A DNA stretch of 63,268 nucleotides, filler included. It is 5 parts of 5 records of this genome, joined end to end, with 100 filler letters (N's around TTAATTAATTAA, not from the genome) between each part and the next. Parts side by side here need not be neighbours in the genome. Positions count along the whole stretch, not along the records: positions 13,594 to 34,002 come from SRR31156797_6299; 4 more parts are not named here. One strand, written 5' to 3'. The translations under genes and the position numbers were made by a program. The first letter of the stretch is position 1. Each line of letters starts with the position of its first letter. The notes under the pieces were generated by a model, which ran no database searches, had not been told where the DNA came from, and saw only the letters and a program-made list of their open reading frames with translations. Positions 17,576-26,536 of the stretch are shown piece after piece.

Positions 17576-18241
17576 GTGAAAATATTGATATTTATTACTT
17601 CCTTAATATTCCTTGTGGGTTGCAAATCAATGGAACCACTTGAATTTTATACATTTGAAAAGGAAGGACCAAAACTACCTTATCTTATTCCTGAGGCAAA
17701 TGTGGAAATCATTAATACAGCATTCCACTATAACTCAATTAATACAGGACATTTACCTAAGTTTAAAGAATTATCATTATTTGAAAAATATAAAAGTCAG
17801 GACCAGGAATTTTCATATGAAAAGGATCAAAGAATTGATGATCTTTTAAAGTTCTATTTGTTATCGCTTAAAAATCATATGAAATTAGATACCACTAAAG
17901 TATTTGGAAAAATTCAGCTTAGTTTATTAGATTATAATGAACTCAATAACGATGCTTTAATGATACCCAACATTTTCTTATTGGGGATACCATCTTACTT
18001 TGGGGCTGCAGTAAGCACTGCACGATCTTACATGAATATTTCTTTAACTATTTGTAATGCTGAAGGAAATGCTATCAAAATTTATACTGGTGAAGGTCAG
18101 GCAACTGAGCACAGAGCATTATATTATGGATATGGTAGGGATGTTTACAGAGTAGCAAGCCTGAAAGCATTTAGAATGGCCTTAATTGAAGCTTTTCAAA
18201 AAATAAAACAAGACCAGAAAACACTTATCAGAAATTTGTAA
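17576..18241 (+). CDS. Hypothetical lipoprotein
   Basis: GTG start gives MKILIFITSLIFLVGC, a lipobox; the ORF-track start at 17528 would run through the terminator. Confidence 0.7.
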   Translation: MKILIFITSLIFLVGCKSMEPLEFYTFEKEGPKLPYLIPEANVEIINTAFHYNSINTGHLPKFKELSLFEKYKSQDQEFSYEKDQRIDDLLKFYLLSLKNHMKLDTTKVFGKIQLSLLDYNELNNDALMIPNIFLLGIPSYFGAAVSTARSYMNISLTICNAEGNAIKIYTGEGQATEHRALYYGYGRDVYRVASLKAFRMALIEAFQKIKQDQKTLIRNL

Positions 18242-18339
18242 AGGAAAGATACTAGGCATCAAGTCAAAAAAAATCGTTAGATTTGTTCATATCTCATTGC
18301 GTTCAATAATTGAATTGCAAACGAAATAATAAGAATTCT

Positions 18340-18663
18340 ATGAAATTACGCATATTATTATTATCGATAATTGGTCTTTTCCTTATTGGTTCTTGCACCG
18401 TTTCAAAAGAGCAATTTGGCACATATGACGATTCCAAATACAAAACCATTACATATAAAGAAGGTCGTGAATTATACCTTTTTTGGAATCAGCTACCCAT
18501 TAAAAAGTTAGACAAAAGAATCAAACACGAGAACTACGAGAAAATAACCAAAAGAAAACCTTTTGATGCCATTGTATTCTATGGTACCATTGGTATTTTC
18601 TCATTTTATTCTGTGAAAATCAATATCCCTGATCCCAAAGATGCAGGTGCCTCTGGACGATAA
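18340..18663 (+). CDS. Small hypothetical lipoprotein (Bor/Iss-like layout)
   Basis: MKLRILLLSIIGLFLIGSC lipobox; YLFW motif and C-terminal GTIGIFSFYSVKI segment. Confidence 0.6.
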   Translation: MKLRILLLSIIGLFLIGSCTVSKEQFGTYDDSKYKTITYKEGRELYLFWNQLPIKKLDKRIKHENYEKITKRKPFDAIVFYGTIGIFSFYSVKINIPDPKDAGASGR

Positions 18664-18675
18664 ATCTTTTTATAG

Positions 18676-19494
18676 ATGACAAGGTATAACTTAATCTTTG
18701 TGGGTTTCTTCCTTTTTCTCAGCTTGGTGCTTATGCGTTCACAAGGTATAAAAAATCATATGCAGGATATTCAAACCGGAGTGTATTTAAATTCAGGATA
18801 TGTTGTAAAAAACGATACGTTGTTATATCGTATTTTGTACCCACATGATTTCAATTTAAATAAAAGTTATCCCATTTTATTTTTCTTGCATGGAAGCGGT
18901 GAACGAGGCAATGACAATGAAAAACAATTGACTCATGGAGGGCATCTTTTTCTTGATTCCATTGAAAAATATCCTGCCATTATAGTTTTCCCTCAATGTC
19001 CTGAAAGTGACTATTGGGCTAATATTAGCAAAACTGGTTCATATGAAGATAAAAATTTAATGTTTGATTTTCAGGATATACAATCACCCACCAAAACAAT
19101 GGCTTTACTAGAGAAATTAATAGACTATTATACCAATAAATCTTTCGTGGATAAAAGCAGAATTTATATTGCAGGTTTATCAATGGGCGGTATGGGCACA
19201 GCCCAATTAATAGCAAAAAGGCCCGGCTTTTTTGCTGCCGGCACAGTAATATGTGGTGTAGCTCCACTTAATTATTCTGAAGAACTTACCAAAACACCAA
19301 CCAGCATCTATCATGGTGAAGCTGATCCTGTTGTTTCTGTCGAATACGGGAAAAAGTATTTCAACGCCATTGATGATGGTACTTCAAAACATCGCATCAA
19401 AGTATACGACGGTGTGGATCATGAATCATGGAATTACGCGTTCAAAGAACCAGACTTCTTAAGTTGGATATTCAATCATAAAAAGGACTTATAA
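18676..19494 (+). CDS. Secreted alpha/beta-hydrolase (phospholipase/carboxylesterase-like)
   Basis: FLHGSGERGNDN, GLSMGG, HGEADPVV and HESW motifs. Confidence 0.85.
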   Translation: MTRYNLIFVGFFLFLSLVLMRSQGIKNHMQDIQTGVYLNSGYVVKNDTLLYRILYPHDFNLNKSYPILFFLHGSGERGNDNEKQLTHGGHLFLDSIEKYPAIIVFPQCPESDYWANISKTGSYEDKNLMFDFQDIQSPTKTMALLEKLIDYYTNKSFVDKSRIYIAGLSMGGMGTAQLIAKRPGFFAAGTVICGVAPLNYSEELTKTPTSIYHGEADPVVSVEYGKKYFNAIDDGTSKHRIKVYDGVDHESWNYAFKEPDFLSWIFNHKKDL

Positions 19495-20154
19495 ATATTG
19501 CTTGATTTTTCCAATCAGCTTGGCTGCTGTATCAACTCCACCTGTTAGTAGCCCAAGTCCCAAATCTACTGTCTTTTTACCTGCAGTTGATGCAACTCCC
19601 TCCAAATACTTTTTCAGTAAAAGCTTAAATGTGATCTGGTTGGGATCTTTTTCTTTTACTAACTCCTTACACTCTTTCACTATTTCTTCGATTGATTCAT
19701 CTGAGAAATAATGCTCTACTAAATCTATAAATGATTCGAAATGAATGCGAATGATTTCAGCATTAAAAGAGCTATCAGCATAATGGCCTAAGCGTTTCAG
19801 CTGAGCACTAATACTAGAGCGAATGAACTTGTTTTCAATTACAAATTCAATTTTATCAAGGTCCTTTCGAAGTTTCGATTGCGCCACAATCTTAAAAAAT
19901 GCAAGTTTAATATCTTCATCTGTGTATTGACCATATTTCAGGTCACTTTCATAACTTAATCTTCTGACTTTCGACTCAGGTATTTGTAAATTCAGGCTAA
20001 TTTCAAATTGTGATTTGCCCTTCAGGTTCCCATATTTGCGTAGTAAATCAAAAATGAGTATTTCAAATTCACTTTTATTCATTGATCCAAAACCTCTTTG
20101 AGCGTATTGGTTCATAAATTCCTCTGCAAACTTTTCTTTTTCAAATATTTCCAT
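19489..20154 (-). CDS. Hypothetical protein with N-terminal HTH-like segment
   Basis: 221-aa ORF containing GFGSMNKSEFEILIF and SQFEISLNLQIPESKVRRL. Confidence 0.65.
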   Translation of the reverse strand: MEIFEKEKFAEEFMNQYAQRGFGSMNKSEFEILIFDLLRKYGNLKGKSQFEISLNLQIPESKVRRLSYESDLKYGQYTDEDIKLAFFKIVAQSKLRKDLDKIEFVIENKFIRSSISAQLKRLGHYADSSFNAEIIRIHFESFIDLVEHYFSDESIEEIVKECKELVKEKDPNQITFKLLLKKYLEGVASTAGKKTVDLGLGLLTGGVDTAAKLIGKIKQYL

Positions 20155-20266
20155 GACTATTTTTTCTTGTCCCTATTAAAAATGATCTATAAATTTACTG
20201 GAATTAAGTTAATGTTTAAAAAAATAATAAACTAGATTTATAAAGCTAATTTAAACATTACAACCA

Positions 20267-21316
20267 ATGACAAAAATATCATTCTATTACTTCTCCGGAA
20301 CAGGCAACTCTAAAGCTGTAGTCAATTGGTTTACGGAATTTGCTGAAGAAAAGAATGTTGAAGTTGACAAAATCGATATTGCACATCTTAAAAAACGAAA
20401 AATTGAAAAACTCGATAAAGATCAAATTAATGGATTTTGCTCACCAACCCATGGTTTCAATTTTCCTCCTATTATGCTGCATTTCATTTTTAGATTTCCT
20501 AAAGGAAAAGGCAATAAAGTATTCATTATGAATACCCGGGCAGGTATGAAAATCGGAAAGTTATTTGTACCGGGACTGAGTGGCTTGGCACTCTGGATGG
20601 CAGCATTAGTATTGATTTTTAAAGGATACAAAATCATTGGCTTGCGCTCCATTGATTTACCTTCCAACTGGATTTCATTACATCCGGGAATGAAACAAAA
20701 AGTAGTCAATTCTATTTTTGAAAGGAGAAAAAAAGACGTGCAGCAATTTGCCAAAATGATTATTTCTGGCAAAAAATCATTTAGAGCACTTCGAGACCTG
20801 GTTCAGGATATCATCATTACACCCATTTCAATTGGATATTATTTAGCTGGAAGATTTGTATTCGCAAAATCATTCATTTCTTCGCGAAAATGTATCCATT
20901 GCAATATTTGTATTGACCAATGTCCCGTCAATGCCATTAAAATTGTAGATTATCGTTGTTTCTGGACACACAAATGCGAAAGCTGTATGCATTGCATGAA
21001 TATTTGTCCTACCAGGGCAATTGAAACAGCACATGGATTTGTAATTGGCTTAGCATTTTTGTTTTATGCAGTTTTATTAAGTTGGTTATATAGTATTACA
21101 CAATTAAATGAATTTTTAGAAATTCAATTAAACCCTATTTTACACTATTTTACAAGAGTTATCTTCCATACAATCCTGTTTATATTATTACTTCTTTCTT
21201 TCTATTATGTGATGCATTTTCTCATGCGTTTCAAGATATTTGAACGTTTTTTTGTACTCACTTCATTAACCACTTATAAATTTTGGAGGCGTTACAAACC
21301 TAAAAATCTAAAGTAA
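20267..21316 (+). CDS. EFR1-family flavodoxin-ferredoxin fusion with C-terminal membrane helices
   Basis: YFSGTGNS motif; CIHCNICIDQCP and CESCMHCMNICP 4Fe-4S motifs. Confidence 0.88.
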   Translation: MTKISFYYFSGTGNSKAVVNWFTEFAEEKNVEVDKIDIAHLKKRKIEKLDKDQINGFCSPTHGFNFPPIMLHFIFRFPKGKGNKVFIMNTRAGMKIGKLFVPGLSGLALWMAALVLIFKGYKIIGLRSIDLPSNWISLHPGMKQKVVNSIFERRKKDVQQFAKMIISGKKSFRALRDLVQDIIITPISIGYYLAGRFVFAKSFISSRKCIHCNICIDQCPVNAIKIVDYRCFWTHKCESCMHCMNICPTRAIETAHGFVIGLAFLFYAVLLSWLYSITQLNEFLEIQLNPILHYFTRVIFHTILFILLLLSFYYVMHFLMRFKIFERFFVLTSLTTYKFWRRYKPKNLK

Positions 21317-21644
21317 AGTTACTTTGCATAATACTATTTTGATTTTTCAGATAATATTGCTTACCATTGCCAAGTCTACCCGTAACATTTAGTTAACATT
21401 TGCGTAGAAGAACAAAACCATGATAAACCCAATAGAATCAAGACATTTTGATTCTATGAAGCATGTGCTGAACAACTAGAATAATATATACCGACCTGAT
21501 ATCGGATAAACATACATCAATATTTGAATCGCTTTCAAAGAGAAAGCAAATATTCATTTGTATGCTATAGTTTTTTTTACAATTTGCTTGTATGTTATGC
21601 TATAGGTCGCTATGAAAATATATGAGAAACATTAAACCAACCAT

Positions 21645-24600
21645 ATGATTAAAAAACTACTACTTATTGGATTTAGCTTATTTATTCTTGGAATCACATA
21701 TGGTCAAAGACCATTAAAAAATAAAATACTCAATAAAGGTAAAAACATCAGCAATATTGAATGGAATATTGGCAGTAAAGTTATTCATTGTTCCAATTTC
21801 AAAAAAACTATACCTGTTAGAGATATGCCTCAAGTAACAGAAATGCGACTACCTGATGATTATTTGTTTATGCAAGAGCCGGACAAAAGAGATATGCCTG
21901 TACAAGAATTTGAGTTTTCATTTGAAAAAGATGGCCCTAAATATGGAAACGAACCTGATATAATTCAAAAATTTCATGGGAAAAGTGAAAGTAAAGCTCC
22001 ATTGCAAAATTGGGATGGATATGTAAATGCTGGAGGTCGACCAAATGACCCAACCGGAGCTGCCGGATCAAATTATTACATCCAAGCTACCAATGGTGAT
22101 AAATATGTAATTTACGATAAGACAGGAAATTTAGAACATACTGGAACAATCAGTGATTTTTGGAATCCTGATTATGGAGGTGATGGTGACCCAATTGTTT
22201 TGTATGATAAGGATGCCAGTCGGTGGTTTATTGGGCAATTTGGAGGAAGTGGAGATAATGGACTATACATTGCTATATCGGCCACTTCTGACCCTCTAGG
22301 TTCATGGTACGCCTATACGTTCTCTTCATCTGATTTTCCTGATTATGAAAAGTTTTCAGCATGGCATGATGGGTATTATATGACTGCTAACTACTCGCAG
22401 AAAATATTTGCATTTAACCGCACTAAAATGCTTGCAGGGGATCCCTCAGCCGAAGCTGTATATCAAACTTTTTCCCCACCGCAAAGTGGATTCTTTGTAC
22501 CTATGCCTGCAGATGCTTCTGATGGAACCATGCCAACTACAGGACCCTGTCCGGTATTCTGCTACCAGGATAATGGGTGGAGCGGAGTTAGTACAGATGC
22601 TATTAATATTTATAATGCAGAAGTAAACTGGAGTACATTGAATATGACAGTAACGCAGGCCGCTTCTATACCAACAAGTTCATTTGATGCCTCATACGAC
22701 AGTGGCTGGGATGATGTTGCTCAACCGGGGACATCTCAAAAATTAGATGGAATTGGGGGTGCTATGGGCTTTAGAGCTCAGTTTAAACCCTGGAGTGGAT
22801 ACAATACTGTAGTAATGACCTGGGCTGTGCAAGTTACCAGCTCACAGCGTGGTATTTTCTGGTGTGAACTGCGACAAGATCAGAGTACAGAAAACTGGTC
22901 ATTGTACCAGGAAGGCATTTATGCCCCTGGAACAGATAATGTATGGCTGGGAAGTATTGCAATGAATGATGCGGGCCATATTGCCCTTGCATATGCTAAA
23001 ACAAATACTTCAAATAATACATACATGAGTCTGGCCTATACAGGAAGGTTATCATGTGATCCTTTAGGCACACTACCAATTGCTGAAGTAGTTGCTCAGA
23101 CTGGTTCAGGTTACCAATATGGAGGCATAAACAGAGTTGGGGATTATGCACATACCGCACTAGACCCAGACGGAGTAACATTTTGGCACACAAACGAATA
23201 CATGTTTAAAAATGGTCAATGGGATGCAGCAAAAACACGAATATTTTCATTCCAATTACCCGGAAGTTGTGCTCCACCAACTATTTCAGGTGTCTCACCA
23301 ACAAACCTTTATAAAGACCGGGGGAAAGAAATTACAATAACTGGATCGGACTTATCTGGAGCAACATTTGAAATTGGAGGTATTACAGGAGTAGTAACTT
23401 CAAATGATGGATCAACTGCAATAGTTAATTTCCCAGCCGGTAATTATACTGATGGTACACTAACTGCATCAAACAGTTCAGGATCAGACAATAGCTCAAT
23501 AACTATTAACACAAGAACTACAATACCTGTAGATGCCAGCACAGGTTCAAATACTGATTACCACCAAACCATAGATGCAGCAGTAGATGGATTATATTCC
23601 TGGATTGGCTCTTCAAGTTTTTCTACCCCTTACATTATTGAAGTTGCCGGTGGAATTTATTCTGAAACTGTAACTCTAAACAGCAATTTAAACCCAACTT
23701 CATCCAATAACTTAACTATTCAAAACGCTTCTGGAGCTTCTCCTGTAATTGATGCAACAGGAAATGATTATGGATTTGATTTGGGTACGGTTGATTACAT
23801 AACTTTAAATGGATTTACAGTCCATTCGTCAAATCTGGATGGAATTTATGCCCAGGGTAATGATTTAAGCATAAACCTTAATCAAATATATGGATCAACA
23901 GGAGGATCAGGGATTAAAATAGAAACCGGGAATAATTGTTCAATTGATAACAACTTATGCTATGATAATAGTAGATATGGTATTCATCTAAATAGTAATT
24001 CCCACTCTATCAAAAACAACACATGTTATGGAAATGGTTCAAGTATAACTGCTAGTGAAGAAGTAATTTTTAGCGAGGGATTTGAATCAGGGTCATTGCC
24101 AGGTTCATGGACACAATATGGAACCGGACCTAATAATTGGTCGGTTGGCTATTTTACGGGACCAGTTGCAGGACCAGATGGTTCTACCTACTACGCAGTG
24201 CACAATTGGAATGCAAGTTATATCAACAGATCACTTGAAACAACAGAAGTAGATTTAAATGGATACAGTACTGCAACATTAGAATACTATATTTATAACA
24301 GAGGAAATTGGGGAGAAGTAATATATGTCGAGATTTCAACTAATAGTGATGGATCTGGCGGTGGTACCTGGACTGAATTAACTAGCCATGTAAATGATGC
24401 ATCAAATAGTTTTGGAGGCTGGAGTTCATTGCTATCACAAGATATTAGTGCTTATGTTGGCAATACTATAAACATCAGGTTTAGATATGAAGGCACTGAT
24501 GGAAATAGTGGTGCAGTTGATGCTGTAGCCATAAAGGCAGCTCCACCAAGTTTCAATGCTGGTGCAGGTTTGTATGTCGAAAGTGGTACTGGAGTAAACA

Positions 24601-26480
24601 CAGAAAATAATATTTTTTATGCTAAATCTGGTGATGATAATTATTATGCCTTGAAATCTGAAAATGGTATTACAATTACTTCAGATTACAATATTTACTA
24701 TACTTCAAATACTAACCTGTTCGATTACAACGGCACAATTGGAAATACTGGACCAATGGGATCAAATGACTTAACAAGCGACCCATTGTTTGTAAATGCC
24801 GGAACAGATTTCCATATTCAATCAGTGAATGGTTCTTATGCCGGAGGAGACTGGCCACCAACTGCTCTATCCGGAGGAAATTGGACAAATGATGCGTCAA
24901 CCTCACCCGCTCTTGATGCGGGTAATCCTGCTGATAGCTATACGAATGAGCCTTCAGGGGGTAGCGCTATCAATATGGGAGCTTATGGTAATACTGTACA
25001 AGCATCAAAATCAGAAAGCACATATGTTTGGCAAGGAGATGATATAACTTCACCAACAGATTGGAATACAGAAGAAAACTGGAGTAGCAATACCATTCCC
25101 GGTGCAGCAAATGATATTACAATTCCTGCATCTTGCCCCACCTACCCTAGCATTTCTGGTGCTGCAGCATGTAGAAATCTGACTATTGAATCTGGTGGTT
25201 CTTTAACTTTGACTTCAGGATCACTCTCGCTAAGCGGTAATTGGACTAACAATGGAACCTTTAATGCAGGATCAGGAACAATCAACTTTAGCGGATCAGA
25301 AGATCAATCAATTGGAGGTACTCAAACCAATTCATTCTATAATCTTACTATTAATAATGACAATAACCTGGTTATTTCTCAGAATATTACAGTTACAAAT
25401 TCATTGACATTAACATCAGGTAGTTTAAATATAACTGATAAAAATGTTAATCTGGGAACTTCAGGAAGTATAAGTGGTGAAAGCAACACCAATATGATAC
25501 ATGGTACAACAGGGACCATCATCGCTAATGATCGAGTAGGTGAACTAGGACTTGGAAATGATATCGCAGGACTGGGGATTGAAATTGCAAGCGGTTCAAT
25601 AAGCGACATTGATATTATTAGAGGTGTGCAAGTACAATCAGGTGCTGCAAGCAGCTCAAGTTTGCGAAAGTATTTTGACATCTCAGCCACTCCAAATTCC
25701 GGGCTAAATGCAAGTATGGTAATGCAATATTACGATCATGAATTTGATGCTGATAATGGTGGAACAGATGAAAAAACATTTGTTTTTTATCGCTCTACAG
25801 ATGGTGGGGCAACATGGACTGAAAAATATGAAGCTACAGTTGATGTTGACTTAAATACCATGACAATTGGTGGAATTGACGCATTCTCACGCTGGACAGT
25901 TAGTAGTAAAACTGAACAGGTTTTGCCTGTCGAATGGAATAATTATAGTGCCTCATGCGAGGCAAACTCAATATCTATCAATTGGTCTACTTTAACTGAG
26001 AAAAATAATGACTATTTCACAATTGAAAAATTAACAACAAATGGGAATTACACAGAAATTGGTAGAATTGAAGGTGCAGGAAACTCGAATGAAATAAATA
26101 CCTATTATTATACCGATCTGTATCCTTCAAGCGGGATATCATATTTTAGGATTAAACAAACAGATTATGATGGCAATTATTCATACTCACCAATATTCTC
26201 TGCAAATTGTAATGAGATGATGATCGACCCATCCATCAATATTTTCCCAAATCCATTTACAAATAAGATTAGTATTTATGTAACAAGAAATTATCTTGAC
26301 ATAGTAAATATTGAGATATTTGACAGCAAAGGAGTTTGTGTAACGAAAAACCGATTCGAACTTTCCGGAGGTAATTCCATTGGGTTAACTGTAAATACAT
26401 CAGAATTAGACAATGGAATTTATTTAGTAAGAGTTTCAGGTGAAGATTATTCAGAGACTAAAAGACTAATTAAACAATAA
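21645..26480 (+). CDS. Large T9SS-secreted multidomain protein
   Basis: Signal peptide, IPT/TIG-like region, parallel beta-helix repeats, LPVEW motif and C-terminal IFPNPF...GIYLVRV...KRLIKQ type-A sorting domain. Confidence 0.88.
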   Translation: MIKKLLLIGFSLFILGITYGQRPLKNKILNKGKNISNIEWNIGSKVIHCSNFKKTIPVRDMPQVTEMRLPDDYLFMQEPDKRDMPVQEFEFSFEKDGPKYGNEPDIIQKFHGKSESKAPLQNWDGYVNAGGRPNDPTGAAGSNYYIQATNGDKYVIYDKTGNLEHTGTISDFWNPDYGGDGDPIVLYDKDASRWFIGQFGGSGDNGLYIAISATSDPLGSWYAYTFSSSDFPDYEKFSAWHDGYYMTANYSQKIFAFNRTKMLAGDPSAEAVYQTFSPPQSGFFVPMPADASDGTMPTTGPCPVFCYQDNGWSGVSTDAINIYNAEVNWSTLNMTVTQAASIPTSSFDASYDSGWDDVAQPGTSQKLDGIGGAMGFRAQFKPWSGYNTVVMTWAVQVTSSQRGIFWCELRQDQSTENWSLYQEGIYAPGTDNVWLGSIAMNDAGHIALAYAKTNTSNNTYMSLAYTGRLSCDPLGTLPIAEVVAQTGSGYQYGGINRVGDYAHTALDPDGVTFWHTNEYMFKNGQWDAAKTRIFSFQLPGSCAPPTISGVSPTNLYKDRGKEITITGSDLSGATFEIGGITGVVTSNDGSTAIVNFPAGNYTDGTLTASNSSGSDNSSITINTRTTIPVDASTGSNTDYHQTIDAAVDGLYSWIGSSSFSTPYIIEVAGGIYSETVTLNSNLNPTSSNNLTIQNASGASPVIDATGNDYGFDLGTVDYITLNGFTVHSSNLDGIYAQGNDLSINLNQIYGSTGGSGIKIETGNNCSIDNNLCYDNSRYGIHLNSNSHSIKNNTCYGNGSSITASEEVIFSEGFESGSLPGSWTQYGTGPNNWSVGYFTGPVAGPDGSTYYAVHNWNASYINRSLETTEVDLNGYSTATLEYYIYNRGNWGEVIYVEISTNSDGSGGGTWTELTSHVNDASNSFGGWSSLLSQDISAYVGNTINIRFRYEGTDGNSGAVDAVAIKAAPPSFNAGAGLYVESGTGVNTENNIFYAKSGDDNYYALKSENGITITSDYNIYYTSNTNLFDYNGTIGNTGPMGSNDLTSDPLFVNAGTDFHIQSVNGSYAGGDWPPTALSGGNWTNDASTSPALDAGNPADSYTNEPSGGSAINMGAYGNTVQASKSESTYVWQGDDITSPTDWNTEENWSSNTIPGAANDITIPASCPTYPSISGAAACRNLTIESGGSLTLTSGSLSLSGNWTNNGTFNAGSGTINFSGSEDQSIGGTQTNSFYNLTINNDNNLVISQNITVTNSLTLTSGSLNITDKNVNLGTSGSISGESNTNMIHGTTGTIIANDRVGELGLGNDIAGLGIEIASGSISDIDIIRGVQVQSGAASSSSLRKYFDISATPNSGLNASMVMQYYDHEFDADNGGTDEKTFVFYRSTDGGATWTEKYEATVDVDLNTMTIGGIDAFSRWTVSSKTEQVLPVEWNNYSASCEANSISINWSTLTEKNNDYFTIEKLTTNGNYTEIGRIEGAGNSNEINTYYYTDLYPSSGISYFRIKQTDYDGNYSYSPIFSANCNEMMIDPSINIFPNPFTNKISIYVTRNYLDIVNIEIFDSKGVCVTKNRFELSGGNSIGLTVNTSELDNGIYLVRVSGEDYSETKRLIKQ

Positions 26481-26486
26481 AACAAG

Positions 26487-26520
26487 AAGAGGTTGCATTA
26501 TCAGCAACCTCTTTTTTTTT
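26487..26520 (+). terminator. Rho-independent terminator between convergent genes
   Basis: AAGAGGTTGC-ATTATCA-GCAACCTCTT hairpin plus T run. Confidence 0.85.
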
Positions 26521-26536
26521 ATTTTTTCAATTATAA

